DNA of 64,000 bases from assembly GCA_976551045.1 (NCBI GenBank), contig CDPCPM010000571.1:1-64000 (forward strand). The letters run 5' to 3'. The translations under genes were made by a program, and so were the position numbers. Positions 12,301-24,886 of this stretch are shown piece by piece. Numbering within the stretch: the stretch's first letter is position 1; each line of letters starts with the position of its first letter. The notes below the pieces were generated by a model. The model was not told the origin of the DNA, did no database searches, and saw only the letters and a program-made list of their open reading frames with translations. The DNA comes from Glaucostegus cemiculus (taxonomy: Eukaryota).

Positions 12301-15300
12301 AGTACAAGAGAAGTTGCTATTTAGTTAAGTGCATTTAAAAAAATGTTATTCATGAACATGTTGTCCAGTGTAAATCTTGATCTAGATTTGTATAAATTTC
12401 CAATGTAAGTCAGCAAACTTCTTCAAAGAAGCAGTGTACTGCAAAGCTCTGTATCCTGAGAACACATAGCAGAGAGGTCATTGCCTATCTTAATTATTAG
12501 TCCAAACTTAATATAATTATTACTGTTACCCATGTGTCCACCTGACCTGCCTCATTTCCTCAAACCAGATCCAGCCATGCCTCCCTCCTTGCTAGGCCAA
12601 AAATACATTAAGAATATTACCGATGTATTGCAAAAATTGTCCCCTGCTTTGCCTTTATTACTCTAATCAAATTTGGAGTAATTTGATCCTTGATGTTTAC
12701 CATGCTGTAGTTTTTAATGCTCTAATTTCCCTTGATTTGTTCCTCTATCTCCCTTTCACTATTTGGTGGCTTATAGAATGCATCAGTCATGTGATAAAAA
12801 TTTTTGGTTATTTTCATAAGAACATAAGATGAGAACAGAAGTAGACTACTTGTTCCATTGACCCTACTTGAATAAATTCTGTACTTCTCAAAGATTGCCT
12901 CTCCCATGCTAAAAGAACATGTGCCCTAATCTAATTAACTCTACAAAAGCATTGCTCCTGGCTTAGACAGCTGCAGAACATTGTTCCAAAAAAACCCCTC
13001 CCTCTTAATAAATCTAAAATGTTAGTAGCTATGCATTAACCTGCCTTTTCTTTCTTTGCTCACTGGTGCTGGTGGTGAGAGTAATCTAAAAATTACTGAC
13101 TTTGAGATCCTCTAACTTTTCCCAAGCCACCTCCATGCCAAGCTTCTGCAAATCCAATTGTAGGATCTGCTGTCTCTATGCCGCTTGTACCAGCATGTAT
13201 CATGTTTCTGTCTTGCTCCCCTCCTGCAGAATACTCTCCATAATGTCTTTTATACTGGCACCAGGGAGACATTTTGCCAGCCATGGCATTTTAGAAACAT
13301 CTCTAATTTCCTTTGACAGCTGATTTCATCAACTCTATGGTTTTCCCCTATTTTCATTCCCCTACCCCCCCCCCCCCCCCCCCAGTCCTTGTGCACAAAG
13401 TATTCTTTCACACCATCTATCTAATACTGTACATTAGTTTGAGTTGACAATGCCTGTGCTTCCTAACTTCCAGATAGCCATATTCTGAGCTTTTTCAGAT
13501 TGTGTGATGGCCACCTTCTGGAACATGTGCTTCAGGAAAGTTTTTTTACCTTTCCTCATGCTCAGTAGTAACTCCAGCACAGACTCGAGTGCGAGTAATT
13601 ACTTTTATTTTAAGGACTGATGAATTTTTGGGACAATGGAGAATTGGGGGGTTATCGAGATCATGCAGAAGAGTGGAGTTGATAACAATCTGGTTGTCAG
13701 TGAGTGGTAGAGCAGGTTTGAAGGACCATTTGCCTTGCTGCTGTTATGTTCTTGTAGAAAGATATTGGGGATTCTGAATTTAGTTTACAAGATAATTTAT
13801 GCTGGATGTACATCCATTAAAGCATTGGATAAGGGAACAAGAGGACCTCTGAACAATGAGTATGAAGCACCTTTGTCAAAAAGCTGTATTGCATTGTGAA
13901 TGAAACATTAATTAAACTTGTGATTGGCAAGAAATTGCATTTTATATCATTAAAAATATCTACACTGACTACCAACTGGAAATTGTGCAGCTAAGATTTC
14001 CACAAATTTGCACGAATAATTCCATTTCCTTTCATTGATTCCAGGGCAAAGCCAGATGAACCCAACCTCCTTGAGGATCCTAAGCTGCAGGAAATAGCGC
14101 AACGCCATGGGAAATCCTCGGCACAAGTAGGGGTTTCTGTTGTCAAATCTATGCAGCAGTGTCAGATTCTAGTTTTGGGTTCACTAGCAATAGTTGGACC
14201 CTACATACATCATTTTCTTTCTTATTTCAAATCTTTGAGGTATTTTGTTCTGTATTTGCTCTACTACTTTGTGCTTGGTTCATAATAGTAACCTGCAAAG
14301 GTACAAAATGGAAATACTAGATTTTTAAATGCTCTTCATCTATAGATACTATAATTCAAAGTCCACTAAAGAACAATGTCATCATAGGTTTGACATGCTA
14401 AATCCTCCCTCCAGCACCCAAACTATTAGTGTGAATGATTCATTTAAAAAATAAATGTATTTCAATTCTTTCCTATTAGTTTAACATGTAACTTCTATTC
14501 CTCTATGGAAGCTACCAGCTTGTCTGCTATGCTGGCAGTTCTGGTGGTCTGGACCAGAAAGAGGTAGACTCAGTCCCATCAGTTGTCAATGTGCTCAGGA
14601 CCTTGATTAAAGTTGCCTTTTGCCAGAGGGATGTTGATGTACCTTCCTATGTATTTACAAGTTAACATTGCCTTTGTTCCTGATATGTCTGTTATAATTG
14701 TAGTATCCTAATATCTGAAAGGGATTTTGGGACTAATGATGTATTTGCAGAGTTCATGTGCACAGACCCTCTTAAATTTTTTAAAATTTAATTTACAGCA
14801 TGGTAACAGGCTCAACAAGTCCATGCTGCCCATTTGATACCCAAATTAACCCACCAGTACATCTTTTGGAATGTGGGAGGAAATCAGAGCACCCAGAGAA
14901 AACCCACACAGACACAGGAGAATGTACAAACTGCTTACAGACAGGGGCAGGAATCAAACCCCAATTGTTGGCACTGTAATAGCGTTGCACTAACTGCTAT
15001 GCTTTTGTGCCACCCCAAAGGAAAGGAGTGGTGGGGGTGGAGGAAAATAAAAGTTCCAGTGTGGCAGCTCAGCAGCCTCTTCTGTGCAACAAGCCACAGA
15101 TTCCTTTAATGTAGCAATTCCTCCAGATTTGTTTCAGTCACTTCCCCACTTGGAATCTTAATTTGCATATAAATCCCATCATAGGTGGTGGGAGATTCCA
15201 ACAAATTAGGCAGGGGAACTTGCCCTGCACTTAGCAGCAAGTCTCCAAATAGTCATTTGTAATATTATACAACGGGATTGGTTCTCACTATTTGGGATTT

Positions 15301-18300
15301 TGTTTCAGGTGTTAATCCGGTTCCCGATTCAAAGAGGATTAGTTGTAATTCCCAAATCTGTCACTCCTGGCCGAATTAAGGAAAACTTTCAGGTATGTGA
15401 GATTTGGTGAGGGGGATAGGAGGAGGAGACCAGAGTGGGAGCCATTGCACCAGCTCCTACTTAAAAACTTTTAGTTCTGTGTTAGTCCCAATTGCAATGG
15501 GGGGGTGGGGGAGGAGAAAGGATTTAAATTTATAATAGTAATCTTGAGCCATCTGGGGATCTTTATATTGAGGTTCAGGTGCTGTTGTTACTTTTCAGCT
15601 CTGCTATTTCCCAGCTTCCTGTTTTTTTTTAATTGTTAAGTGCTCATGAAAAAATCCTTTCCACTTGCTCTCGTACAAGGCATTTCAACACAATGATTGA
15701 TTTGATTTCACATTCTAAATGTGTTGTGTTACAGGTGTTTGATTTTCAGTTGAGTGATGAGGAGATGAACACCATTTTCTCTTTCAACAGAAACTGGCGA
15801 TGCTGTACAATGTCTTGGTGAGTTGTGTGAATGCCTGCATGTGGTGCATTTGTGTTCATTCAAGCCATCCTGCTAAAGTTGAGCATCACTTTCTCAATAT
15901 TACCATCTAACTTGGCTTTGGAAGAAGGAAATGTGCTGTTGTGCCCTGCTTGGCTTATGTGGATCCAGACCCAGATCAATCTGGTTGACTGTGATCTACC
16001 TGCTGAAATTATCTATTTCCAAGGCCAATAAGGATGGTTAATAAGACCTGATTTCTCCACTGGTGCCACATCCCATGAAAAAATATATAATGGGGGAAAG
16101 TGCATTACTTCCCTAAGGGTCCCCTACTGGTGCCAGGCTGGCCTGGTAATATCAATCCTTAAGATCCAGGAATATAGTAGAATTCTCAGGTAGGTTTTGA
16201 GTCTTTTTACAGGCCTTTGCATACCTTTTTGGTATTTTCATTTCTACTTGCATAGTTATTTTAGTGCTCAACTGTTCCTGGCTGCTGCCACATTAGAGAA
16301 CTTTTCCACCTGCTTTTTCCTGCCTGTGTAATTTTTTTTTGAAAAGCTGCTTCTCACCAACATCTTGCTGTTCTCATGGAAAGCACTGACCTATGGATGC
16401 CTAGAAATTCTGATGCACACAATGGGTGGTTTAAACTGTTGTAGCATGACTTTGACTTTCAGTTGTAAGTATGCTGCAAATTACAGTTGAATAATTTGAA
16501 TGGGCAATGAGTTCTGCCATGAGTTGCCAGACCTCTGCTTTCCCCAACCATTTCTCTAGCTACATGTGATGAATTGGAATTGTGTTGGAATACTCTCCAC
16601 TCTTCCAGATGGATGAAATTATAATGAGATTCTGGAAAGTAAACACCTATCCAGCATGTATCAGCCTGTTCTGAGTGCTTCCACCAATTTGATACCCTGC
16701 CATGCTCACTCCAACTATAATGAGGCTTCTGTAACAAGATGCCTGTCATAGGTTTGAAGTAGTACCTAGCAAGACACTGACAGCTGATGAAATGTGGGTA
16801 GCAGGTGAATGGAACTTGAGGAAAGATATTGCAGAATGTTGGATAATCTCAAGTTCAAGCAGGTTGTAACAATGGGAACAGATTTTAGTGAAGGTTGTAC
16901 GTGACTAGGGCCTGGCTGAGGCAGATGAGCTGAGACAAATGGCTTCAGGTGGTGTTTTAGAAGTTAGTTATGGTGTGTGTATGCTGGCTGAATCTAACCT
17001 TAGCATCAAGTTCAGTGCTTGTTTTGGTGAGAATTATGGTGGAAGTTTGAGAATGGGTTTGAACAGGAACCAAAAAAAGTGACTTTGTTCTTGCAGGTAC
17101 TTAGCTGGAGAATTGTGCTTGTATCTTGGCAAACAGTGGAAGGTTTGAGATAGTGGAGAAACAGAACTGCATTGATGTGAAAGCTGCTGCTGATTTTTTT
17201 CTTTTGATGTGGCTGAGGAGATGGGGTTTAAAGTAGAAATCAATGATCTATGGGAGCAAGAAGACAACAGATTTCTGCCTGTACCCTGGTCATGACTGGA
17301 CAGATAAGAACTGAAATGGACAAATGTGATTCTCCTGCTATCGGATGTTAATCATAATGTGTGGTTTAATGAGATCATACTTTCTTGAGGACATTTAGGG
17401 ACACAAGCTGGCATTTGCTGCAACACCTATATTTCATGAACAAAAGAATGCTGCCATAACTGAGTGTTTCCAGCAATTTTATTTTTATCCAGTATTTGGT
17501 ATCTGGTACCACTATTTTAATCCTATAATTGATATGAGCAGCCAACAGAAGTGGTGCCAAAGTACAATCCCAGACACTGCTGTGAATTCTTAACTGTGCA
17601 AAACTGCCCTTAACTTCAATGATTGTTTTACTAAACAGTTATTGATGTAATCTGGCTGGCGCTCACTCCATAACTTAACAGCCTTTTAAGCTCTCCTCTT
17701 TCATGGAATGCAGGTGTTGCTGCCATTTGCTGTTTACACAATTGTGCTGAAAGTGGTTCAAGTCTCCACAATGCTGTTTTGAAGTAGTTGCAGGATTTTG
17801 ATACTTCAGTGAAATAGTAATCTTTCTCCAGAGCAACATGGTAGACTGGGAAGGGAGTTTGCAGATGATGGGGATGTGCCCATTGTCCACATCCATCTAA
17901 GCTGCTGAAGTCACCTGTTTGGAAGGTGCTGGCAAAGAAATCTCGGTATATTCAATGTATGTAATTAATGCACATTCCATCAATTGGTTATGGGCAGTTG
18001 ATGGTTAATGGGGTGTCAGTTAAATGGAGTGATTTTTTTGTCTGATGATCATGAATGTATATCTGAGTGCATTCTTTCTGGCAAAGTGTTCTATTGCACT
18101 CCAAAATTTGGCCTGCAGATAGTAGGAAAAAATGAGTCAGTTCCAGTCTGACTTGTATTTGCAGTTGTACTTTAATGTAGTTGGTCCATTTAAGTACTGG
18201 TCCCTCCCCTCTGTATAGAGGGAAGGTCATTGATCAAGTCCCAGACACCATAAAGCCTTAATTCTTGGGTAATTAGTCCCCAGTATACACATCTTTTGTC

Positions 18301-21300
18301 CAAGCTGGTACTCCCAACTAGTGTTGCAGATGTATTGGGGCACTTTTTTGCTTGGCTAGATCCCAAAGTTGCCTCTGTGCAAGAATAGGTTTGGGAAGAT
18401 ATGACATATCTGAAGCACAATGTTGGACTCGCCAGTCTAATTACCTGGCTTAAGATCTTGCTGTCCTCAAATCGAGGAAGATTTGGATATTTCTCTCCAT
18501 CCCATAGCAACCTGGAGTACATCTCATTAAGCCCTAGGGATTTAGCCACCTTGAATTCCACTTGCATTCTCTAACTACATTGCCCTTCTCCATAGAGAAT
18601 ACAGATGAGAAGTATACTTCTAGCTATAAAGAAGGGCTACATCTAGGGCTCCATACACAAATTGTCCCTACTCTTCCCTGATGATCCTCATGCTTAAAAT
18701 ACTTTGAGATTTTTCTTCAATCTAGCCTAATTTGTGTTCCCTTTCCTCAATTCTTTAGGTACACAGTAATATTTGTATACTTTTGTGGGGCCTCTCCTGT
18801 TTTCAGTTCTCAGTACCTGCTGAGCTTAAAACCTCACTTGGTTCATTTGGGGAGAGGATTGCAATGTGACTCTGGACTGATCAATGTGGCTTCCTTGGTT
18901 CATTTGGTGGAAGGACATTTAAATGTCATTATTGCCAGCAATGTATTCCTATGAATAAATCCAGACCATCTCCATCCCAACCTCATGTCCCACCCAATGA
19001 GATGATAGAATGAAGGAGACCTTAAGGGTAGAGTGGTAGTCACCACCTGCTGGAAGGAACACTTTGAAGAATGTCTGAACCATTGACATTGATTCCCATT
19101 CTGCAGCCTAATTGTCCAGTCCAGTCTTGTCACTGTCCTAGATTTAACAGGAAGTTGAAAAGGCCATAAGTCAACTGAAATGAGGCTTCTAGAGCAGTGA
19201 GTGTTCCTATTGAACTTGGTAGGGAGAAACTTTAGACACATTCGCAGCCTTGTTTCCCAAGTGATCAATGTTTGCACTTTAGGATGGAAATGAGCAAGCT
19301 GTTGTCAGTTGCCCTGTTCCTCCTTCACTTTGATAATAGCTTCTTGCCAGAAGATTAATTTGCACTAAATTGATGTGTACAAATTACATTGTCAAAAAGG
19401 TTGAACATAGATACCTACAGCACAATTCAGGCCCTTTGGCCCACAAAGCTGTGCCAAACATGTCCCCACACTATTAGGCTTACCCATAACCTTCTATCTT
19501 ATTTACCTCCATGTACCTATCCAACAGTCTCTTGAAAGACTCTTAACGTATCCACCTCCACCACCATCTCCGGCAGCCCATTCCACACACTCACCACTGA
19601 ATAAAAAAACTTACCCCTAACATCTCTCCTATATCTTCCCCCCAGCACCTTAAACCTATGTCCTCTTGTGGCCACCATTTCAGCCCTGGGGAAAAGCCTC
19701 TGACTATCTACTCTATCCATACCTCATCTTATACACCTCAATCAGGTCCCCCCTCATCCTCCTCTCCAAAGAGAAAAGGCCGAGTTCCCGCAGCCTGCTC
19801 TCATAAGGCATGCACCCCATTCCAGGCAGCATCCTCGTAAACCTCCTCTGTACACTCTCTATAGCTTCCACATCCTTCCTGTAGTGAGGTGACCAGAACT
19901 GAACACAATACTCCAGGTGGGGTCTGACCAGGGATCTATACAACTGAAGCATTACCTACTCCTAAATTCAATCCCTCGACTGATGAAGGACAACACACAT
20001 ACGACTTCCTAACCACAGTCAACCTGCGCAACTGCCTTGAGCATCCTATGGACTCGGACCCCAAGATCCCTCTGATCCTCCACACTGCCAAGAGTCTTAC
20101 CATTAATTCTGTATTCTGCCAACCTATTCAACCTACCAAAATGAACCACTTCACATTTATCTGGGTTGAACTGCATCTGCCATTTCTCAGCCCAACTCTG
20201 CATCCTATCTATGTCCCTCTGTAGCCTCTGACAGCCCTCCAAACTAGCCACAACTCCCCCAACCTTTGTCGTCAGCAAACTTACTAACCCACCCCTCCAC
20301 TTCCTCATCCAGGTCATTGATAAAGGTGACAAACAGCAAGGGTCCCAGCACAGATCCCTGAGGTACACCGGAGGTTACCGACCTCCACTCAGAATACAAC
20401 CCTTCCACAACCACTCTTTGCCTTCTGTGGGCCAGCCAATTCTGAATCCACATTGCAATGTCCCCCTGGATCCCATGTCTCCTCACCTTCTCCAGAAGCC
20501 TCACATGGGTCACCTTATCAAAAGCCTTGCTAAAATCCATATACAGTACATCAACTGATCTCCCTTCATCGACATTCTTGGTCACTTCTTCAAAATTCTA
20601 TAAGACTTGTCAGACAGGACCTGCCCTTGACAAAACCATGCTGACTATTTCTAATCATGCCATACTTCCCCAAGTGTTCATAAATCCTGCCTCTCAGGAT
20701 CCTCTCCAGCAGCTTACCCACCACCGAGGTAAGACTCACTGATCTATAATTCCCCGGGCTATCCCTATTCCCCTTCTTGAATAACAGCACAACATCCACA
20801 ACGCTCCAATCTACCGGAACCTCTCCCGTCTCCATCGACAACGCAAAGATTATCGTCAGAGGCTCTGCAATCTCCTCCCTCGCCTCCCACAGCAACCTGG
20901 GATACATCTTGTCTGGCCCTGACGACTTATCTAACTTGATACACTCCAAAAGTTTCAGCACCACCTCCTTTCTAATTTCCACCTGCTCAATCCTTTCTGG
21001 CTGCTGCAAGTATTCATTTGACACCTCTGCTATTTCTTCCGAATCCATACACATTTTCCTGCTTCCACTCTTGATAGGCCCTATCCTTCCACATCTCATC
21101 CTCTTACTCTTCACATCTGTAGAACACCTTGGAGTTTTCCTTAATCCTACCCACCAAGGCCTTGTGTCCCCTTCTGGCTCTCCTAATCTTTCTTAAATTC
21201 CTTCCTGTTAGCCCTGCAATCTTCCAGATCACTAACATTACCTAGCTCCCTGTACCTTTTGTGCGCTTTTCTTTTCTCCTTAACTAGCTTTATTATAACC

Positions 21301-24300
21301 TCCATGCACCACAGTTCCCACATCCTCACGACTTCCCTGTCTCAATGGAACAGGTCTGTGAAGAGCTCCACCCAAATACTCCCTGAATATCTGCCACATA
21401 TCCTCTGTACTTTCCCAGAAAACATCTGCTCCCAATTTAATCTTCCAATTTCTTGAGGCCATCATAATTCCCTCTACTCCAATTATACACTTTTCTAGTG
21501 TCTGTTCCTATCCCCCTGCATTGCCAACATAAAGGAGATAGCATTATGGTCACTATCACCAAGATGTTCTCCCACCGAGAGATCTTGACACCTGACCAGG
21601 TTCATTACCCAGTATAAAATCCAGCACAGCCTCTCTCATAGGACTATTCACATACTGTGTCAAGAACCCTTCCTGAGCACACCTAACAAACTCCAGCCCA
21701 TCTAAACCCCTCACTGTCTGGAGATGCCAGTTGACATTTGGGAAATTAAAATCCCTCATCACCACAACTGTTATTCTCACATTTTTCTAGGATCTGCTTC
21801 CCTATCTTCTGCTCAATAACCCTGTCACTATCAGGTGGCCTATATAAAAAAAAAAGCACCCAGTAACATTACAGACCCTTTCCTGTTCCTAACCTCCACC
21901 CACACACTCTGTAGACAATCCATCCATAGCTTCCACCTTTTTCATAGCCATAACACACTCTCTGATCAACAGTACCACTCCACCTCCCCTCTTGCCCCCC
22001 CTGCATGTCCTTCCTGAAGCAACTAAACCCTTGCACCTGAATCAAGCATTCCAGTCCTGGGGTCAACCAAGTCTCAGTAATGGCCACCACATATCTCCAA
22101 GTATCAATCCAAGCTCTAAGCTCATCTGCCTTGTTAACAATACTCCTCACATTAAAATAGAGATATCTCAAACTCATCTGAACACTTCCCTTCTCTAACA
22201 CCTGCCTACAATACTTACTCCCAGCCTCCACTAACAGAGCCTACCACCTCTTCCCTGACCACTCCAGCACAAATCCCACCCCCCAGCACTTCTAGTTTAA
22301 ACTCTCCCCAGTAGCCTTAGCAAACCTCCCAGCCAGTATGTTAGTCCCTCTGGGGTTTAAATGCAACCTGTCCTCTGAAAAGGTCATACCTGCCCTAAAA
22401 GAGGCCCCAATGATCCAGAAAACTGAATTCTTGCTCTTTGCTCCAGTCCCTCAACCACACAATCCTTCTCATCCTGTTCCTGTACCCACTGTCACTTAGC
22501 ACAGGTAACACTCCAGAAATTACCATCTTTGGGGTCCTGCTTTTCAACCTCCTTCCTAACTCCCTATAGGCACCTTTCAGGACCTCACTCCTTTCCTTAC
22601 CAATGTCGTTGGTACCAATGTGTACCACAACCTCCAGCTGCTCTCCTTCCCCTTCAAGATTTCTTGGACGCAGTCAGATACATCCCAGACCCTGGCACCT
22701 GGGAGGCAAACCACCTTCCGAGTTTCTTTCCTGCATCCACAGAATTTCTTATCTGCCCACCTCACTATAGAGTCCCCTATAACTAGCACCCTCCTGACTC
22801 CTCCCCTATCCCCTGAGCCACAGGACCAGGCTCCCCACAGGGATACCACCACTGCTGCTCCCCACAACAGTACTCAAGCAGGAGTTTCTATTAACAATGG
22901 GTGCAGCCACCAGGGTACTCATCACCTTACTCTTCCCCTTCCCTTTTCTAAGTGTGACCCAACTTTCCGATTCCAACAGTCCTGGCGTGACCACTACCTA
23001 TAACTCCTCTCAATCACCACCTCACTCTCCCTGACCAGACGAAGGTCATCAAGCTGCCTCTCCAGTTCCCCAACACAGTCCCTCAAGAGCTGCAGCTCAA
23101 CACACTGGGCACAGACTTTGCCCTCCCAGAGGCTGGGAGACTCCAGGATCTCCACATCCAACACTGAGAACAAGTGACTGCACTCATACTCCTACTTATG
23201 ACAGACAATTTAACAACAGACAAGTAAAACCTTACCTTGCTCCTTCAAGCCAAAGCCCAGAACACTACTGCCTCTCATTCAGCTGCCCACTCTATAGGCT
23301 GGTTGCCTTTAAGCTGCCTGCACAGACCAGCCCCCACTCAAACACTTAAACTTTTACAACCCTTCTAAAGTGCCTTATACAAACACACTAACCCTAGTTA
23401 ATTACACCCTAATAAAAACTAACCCTTACACTTAAACTCTAATAAAAGAGATAAAAAGAAAAAACTTAACTTCTCCGAAGTCCCCTGAGTCAAAAAACTA
23501 TTCTAGTATTAAGCACCTCTTTAACATGACTGCTTTCACTATTACCATTTAACCTCTGATACTAAAAATTAACTTGTACACTGGCCTTTCTGTATCTGTT
23601 TTGTATTTTGAATTCAATATTTTAATTGTGTTTTTTATTCTGATTATACCTTGTGCATTCCTTCTGATAATGACATGCATTTACTTATCCATTTCACAGT
23701 TCTTGTTTTTCCCCTGCCACTTTGCTTTTGGCTACATGGCTAACGGGAAGATTGTTTGCCCAAGTCTGTAAAACATGTGGGGAAAGTACAAGCTCAACAT
23801 CAGAGCAAGTGCCCCTCGAGTGAATTTTCAGACCCTTACTGAACCCTATTTATATCCTAACTTTCAGTCCCTTAAATGCTTCTGACTCAAGAAATTTAAC
23901 TATAACTAGAAATGTAGCTGTCCAAATAGAACAGTACAGAATTATGATGTTAAAAAATGCAAAACTGAGCAGTATGACTGAAATCTGCAAAATTCTGTTA
24001 TGTTCATTAACCATTACAACAGTAACATTTATCAACAATGTTAACATAGCCCTTTAAAAAAAAAAAATTGCAATGGTGTGGTTATAAAAGTTAATGTGGT
24101 TTTAATTGCATTGAAATACAATGGGATAGCAATAATTTGGAACAGTGCACAAGAAGTGTTTTTTGCCTTGTGTGTTGGATGTGGTTGGAGGAAGGGTGGG
24201 GATGTGGCCAGTGGGTTGTGCAGTGAATCAAATCAAGGCCTGGCTTTCAATCAAAATAACTGAGTGTAGACTCCACCTCCGTCCACATCTGTGTGTCACT

Positions 24301-24694
24301 GGCCTTCTAGGCTTCTCTCAAGTATTGTTGCTGCTGCTGTTTCTCAGCAGCCAGAGCTGAGGCCTGTTGCCTCTTGTGGGAGGAGGGGGTCAGGAGTAGC
24401 AACTTTCTGAAGTTAGGCCTCCCAACCATGTTGGGTGGGGATTAGGTGGTGTAAACAGCAGTTGGCTGGAGTTTCTGTTTGGGTGGTGTCAGACCTAGTG
24501 TTGGCTCTCAGTAGTGCCTAGCCCTGGGGTAAGTGAGTGGCACCAAGATTCTTTATAGCTAGAAATGCAAAGTTTAGCAAATTCATAATCAAACCACACA
24601 ACTTGGCAGCTGTGACATTTTATTTGTCAAAGTGGAATCTCTAACTTTATTCTCTTTTTTTAGGTGTGTTAAGCACAAGGACTATCCATTTTGA
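284..24694 (+). CDS. akr1b1: Aldose reductase (aldo-keto reductase 1B1-like), 10 coding exons, 313 aa: join(284..352,9588..9755,10036..10152,11586..11666,11880..11999,12159..12265,14045..14126,15309..15392,15735..15817,24664..24694)
   Basis: Spliced translation reads [29 protein letters not shown]...[11 protein letters not shown]...VSK/LW...[12 protein letters not shown]...KAIGLSNFN...IECHPY...[12 protein letters not shown]...[15 protein letters not shown]...KDYPF*. The D-Y-K-H catalytic tetrad and IPKS cofactor motif are present. All introns are GT-AG, and exon sizes and phases match the vertebrate AKR1B layout. Confidence 0.93.
4760..5800 (+). mobile_element. Old, degenerate CR1 LINE 3' fragment
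   Basis: Remnants of the D(V)VYLDF..AFDKVP region (about 4865-4910) and the CR1 3' region ending tttaaatggtggagcagg. Confidence 0.55.
5900..6530 (-). mobile_element. Degenerate fragment of a second CR1/jockey-group LINE family
   Basis: Shares sequence with 39960-40790, for example gatgtcctggagttgaaatgattggcctccaacaa and atgtcaagggca. Confidence 0.5.
6540..6990 (+). mobile_element. Degenerate CR1 3' end
   Basis: ttgattcctggaatgaaggatttgtcttatgaggaa...ggcttgagggcca...cctactgctgct tail. Confidence 0.6.
7153..8838 (+). mobile_element. 5'-truncated CR1 LINE (RT region plus 3' tail) in AKR intron 1
   Basis: [33 protein letters not shown] and [15 protein letters not shown] fragments with frameshifts; tail gggctgaagggcctgtattgtgctgtactttctatga. 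Confidence 0.92.
8885..9420 (-). mobile_element. Internally deleted CR1/jockey-group LINE remnant
   Basis: Resembles 17720-18100 and 53490-53600 (for example gttccagggtgtagacccagtgactatgaagga). Confidence 0.5.
9588..9755 (+). CDS. akr1b1: AKR1B1-like exon 2 (168 nt)
   Basis: ttcag|TCT...AAG|gtaaa; [34 protein letters not shown]...REDLFIVSK, carrying the catalytic D, Y and K. Confidence 0.96.
10036..10152 (+). CDS. akr1b1: AKR1B1-like exon 3 (117 nt)
   Basis: ttag|CTG...AAG|gtaaa; [39 protein letters not shown], carrying the catalytic H. Confidence 0.96.
10380..11030 (-). mobile_element. CR1 3' fragment in AKR intron 3
   Basis: Begins with the reverse-complement tail (acagtacagcacaagaccaggcttttcagccc); remnant of the LYK.LIRPHLE region. 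Confidence 0.75.
11586..11666 (+). CDS. akr1b1: AKR1B1-like exon 4 (81 nt)
   Basis: tttag|TCT...AAA|gtgagt; [27 protein letters not shown]. Confidence 0.9.
11880..11999 (+). CDS. akr1b1: AKR1B1-like exon 5 (120 nt)
   Basis: cacag|GCA...CAG|gtaatg; [40 protein letters not shown]. Confidence 0.95.
12159..12265 (+). CDS. akr1b1: AKR1B1-like exon 6 (107 nt)
   Basis: aatag|ATT...TG|gtacc; [36 protein letters not shown]. Confidence 0.95.
14045..14126 (+). CDS. akr1b1: AKR1B1-like exon 7 (82 nt)
   Basis: ccag|G GCA...CAA|gtagg; [27 protein letters not shown]. Confidence 0.95.
14790..15015 (-). mobile_element. tRNA-derived V-core SINE with CR1-like tail
   Basis: The reverse complement has an A/B-box head and the V core (gtttgtacattctcctgtgtctgtgtgggttttctctgggtgctc); tail cctgttaccatgctgtaaat. 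Confidence 0.8.
15309..15392 (+). CDS. akr1b1: AKR1B1-like exon 8 (84 nt)
   Basis: ttcag|GTG...CAG|gtatgt; [28 protein letters not shown]. Confidence 0.96.
15735..15817 (+). CDS. akr1b1: AKR1B1-like exon 9 (83 nt)
   Basis: tacag|GTG...TG|gtgagt; [28 protein letters not shown]. Confidence 0.95.
19403..23300 (-). mobile_element. Near-full-length CR1 LINE in AKR intron 9: ORF1 (Zn finger, coiled coil, SGNH esterase) and ORF2 (APE-RT), frameshifted
   Basis: ORF1 ATG at 23187 ([10 protein letters not shown]...KVCAQC), [19 protein letters not shown]2 motifs [71 protein letters not shown]1 tail at about 19403. Confidence 0.95.
24664..24694 (+). CDS. akr1b1: AKR1B1-like exon 10 (coding part)
   Basis: Polypyrimidine tract then tag|G TGT GTT AAG CAC AAG GAC TAT CCA TTT TGA, reading (W)CVKHKDYPF*. 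Confidence 0.92.
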
Positions 24695-24880
24695 GATTAC
24701 AGGCTAAACCTGTGCTTCAAGTGGAACAAGCTGTTCATCTATCTGAAAACTTGTGGTTCTCTTCTCTGTAGGCTTGAATAGCACAATTAATGTGATGTTT
24801 TAAAACAAACATTCATGTTTTCTGAACTATATGCTGTTGTATTAGTAGTAATGTGACTTTCTGATTGTATCAATGATGCA

Positions 24881-24886
24881 AATAAA
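24881..24886 (+). terminator. Polyadenylation signal of the AKR1B1-like gene
   Basis: AATAAA about 190 nt after the stop codon, with a T-rich stretch downstream. Confidence 0.65.

Noticed and set aside
23192-23235. GT-AG segment in the CR1 5' UTR just before the ORF1 ATG (- strand)
   Set aside because: Only 44 nt, below the usual vertebrate intron size, despite a good AAG|GTAAG donor.
24692-24694. AKR TGA as a selenocysteine or readthrough codon
   Set aside because: The position is not a conserved Cys, no convincing SECIS was seen in the short 3' UTR, and the readthrough peptide is not AKR-like.
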